Origin: Pseudovirgaria hyperparasitica
Taxonomy: Eukaryota
Strand: one strand, 5' to 3'
DNA: 64,000 nt
Assembly (NCBI GenBank): GCA_010093815.1
Contig: ML996567.1
Below the pieces are notes generated by a model. It did no database searches. It was not told the DNA's origin and worked only from the letters and a program-made list of their open reading frames with translations. Numbering within the stretch: the first letter of the stretch is position 1; every line of letters starts with the position of its first letter. Below are positions 61,700 through 64,000 of this stretch, one piece after another. The translations under genes and the position numbers were made by a program.

Positions 61700-64000
61700 A
61701 GAAGCGACAGCACATTTCCAGAAAGACTAGCCAGGCGCCGTTGAACCAGAGACTAATAATTGGGCCATCGACAAACAGATCGACTACGATCTATAACGCA
61801 GGCACATATTGAGTATGGGGAAGAGAAATCATCCTGCAAGATAGCAGCAAGGGTGCGAAATGTGGGGTTGGGATTATGATGAAATGAAGAAGATGATGAG
61901 ATATGTTCTTGCCATTGAGCTTCATCGGCAGTTACTGGTGGATATATTTGGGACAGATGATAGGACCGGTGCGAGAACGATCTCGGCGTAGACCAGAATT
62001 GGTTATTGTCGACGACTGAAGCAGAGAAATGGGCCGTGGAAGCCAGGAATCGTGTGAAGCGCTAATGCTCGAGTTGGGCGCATGCCAGCCTTCTCTTCGA
62101 ATACTATGCCTATCGCGTTCTTCTTCTTGGACTTGGATGCGGCGGAAATATTTACCGTCGTGCCTGCTGATCGTCTGTAGAGGAATGTCTTTTCCTTCTA
62201 GGGCAGACTTACGCGGGGAAGATGCAGGGTCAGTTGCATGCATGCAGGTAGGTCCTGTCAGACAGGCCTTGGATACGATGAGGTTGTGTCAATAGGTTCT
62301 GTCATTAAGGCCTTGTCATTCAAGCCTTGTCGGTGAGGTTGTGTCAGTAGGTAGGAAGACGCTTCCACTGGCACGTCAAGCTGGCTATACGATGCGTATT
62401 GTATGTACGTTTCCTGACACGCCAGAACCCTTCCTCTCGATCAACGGTCTACGCTGTACATCTGCGCCTTGTGGAGATGCATAGCTAGCTATAGCACACG
62501 GCGCCTCAGGTTGATATGATGTAGTGGTGGTCGCAGTAGTGTCACCGTAGCAGAAGTTTTGCATGGTATGCCACCAATGAGCAAACACCGGTCCAGCGGA
62601 CACAACATCAGAGAGACGTGAGCTGCCGGCTAGCCTCACCGTCTACGATGGGAATGTTAGTAGTATAGATTGTAGCATCATATTCGCGTGTCGATGCATG
62701 TGCCGGTCGGTGGTGTGTTATTTTTTCTTCTCGCAACACATCTATGCATCTATCTATGCATCTGGCTCATCGTGGCGGTGGCGTGCAGAACGAAAGCATA
62801 ATGATCCTTCGCTGCATGTCAAAAGCAAACTATCCCAGCTGGCGAAACGAAACTAAGGCTCATCTCATCTTGTTTGTTGACGGTGGAGCCACGGGGAGAT
62901 GCAGGGTATCGTTGTATTATAAGTGTGCTATGAATCTTGGATGAGTGTTGTTGTTCCCCCGGATGGTTACAGACAGACATGGGTTCGAGATTGAAGGGCG
63001 ATTCGCTTGTCTGTGCGGTGCGATGGGATGCGGCACTCTCTATCTCTGCCCTCCCCCGTCTGTGTATTGTGTATTGTTGTATTGTGGGTTGTGGGTTGAC
63101 CGCCATCCATCTAATACCATATCGCGATCTATGCCCATATCTGCCATCTACCATTCCTCCCCGTTCCCCGCGCATCATAACCCGAAACCGAAACTTCAGC
63201 CCATGCTCGTCCGCGGCCGCGCGCACATGGCACATGGCAGCACACGCACGCAACATGCCCATCCCAGCGGGCATCATCATCTCAAATGTCTGAGGCAGTG
63301 AAAGCTGACGACAGCCTGCGACAGCTTGCGACTCCAGCTGGGTCTTCTTTTTTCCGGGGATAACACAGCCCGGCTGCCGAATGCGAGAATTTCCGTGGCT
63401 CTCCCCCCCCCTCCAATCTCTTCTCTCGCGCGCTGGCTTGAATCCGACGCGTCTGCAGGACTCCATCGGCGAGCAACCTGCGACAGTGGTACAAGGGAGA
63501 GACGTGGAGACTTTGAGTAGCAACAGTGGAATCGCACGAATCCCATTGCTTCATCTGGGATGGCCTCGCGGCCTTTCCCCTGGGTTTTCTCATCTTACGT
63601 CGTCCGCCGTTGCAAACCCAATTTCGCACAGCGGTATCAGAGAGAGAGCTACACGGCACGAGTGGGTGGGGCACGGAAAAATCATGGCAAAAGGACGTAA
63701 TACAGTACAGCAGGATGGCTATAGCTAAGCAAAGCATGGCATGGCATGGCTGATGGTCTGGAGCCTACTTGCCATGAAATGACACGAACATCCCAAGCAA
63801 ATCGGCGAGGCGGTTCGGCCCTATGGAAAACAAGGCCGCCTGTCCCTCTGTTCCTCTTCCTCTGTGTTGCGTCTGTTGGTTGTGGATAATAATGCCGGCC
63901 TGCATCTGGGAAAGAAGTGGGTAATTGGTAGCTCTACATCGTATGGCATTGCCGACGGACACGGAGACATCCCCGGCCAGTTCGCTGCTATTGTAAGGAC

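Noticed and set aside
61932..63962. Short ORFs at the right end of the window
   Set aside because: No recognisable protein motifs or consistent exon structure; likely intergenic or UTR.

Overview
Eukaryotic genomic DNA from a filamentous ascomycete (Pezizomycotina; short GT-AG introns with CTRAY branch sites; exact taxon not determinable). About 27 protein-coding genes. Housekeeping genes lie at both ends: RBR E3 ligase, HGH1, TFIIF large subunit and a Cid1-family nucleotidyltransferase on the left; TFB2, thioesterase, NMD5-type importin, SKI2, Swi3/Csm3 and THOC1 on the right. Between them is a metabolic block with a sugar porter, P450, calpain, two SDRs, two GH43s and others. Most notable: (1) a ~220-nt box C/D snoRNA in the long last intron of the TFIIF gene, whose two guides are both complementary to U6 snRNA and predict 2'-O-methylation at the equivalents of human U6 A47 and A70; (2) a four-gene module (PrpF-family isomerase, Zn2Cys6 regulator, mitochondrial tricarboxylate carrier, anion-type MFS permease) with a shared TGTACCCGC motif in both divergent promoters, a candidate trans-aconitate-type utilisation regulon; (3) a 440-bp hAT-type MITE with 21-bp TIRs, an 8-bp TSD and an internal ~205-bp hairpin; (4) a 10-exon thioesterase gene invisible in the ORF track. 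Gene models were built by eye, and all family and U6 comparisons are from memory, not from searches.
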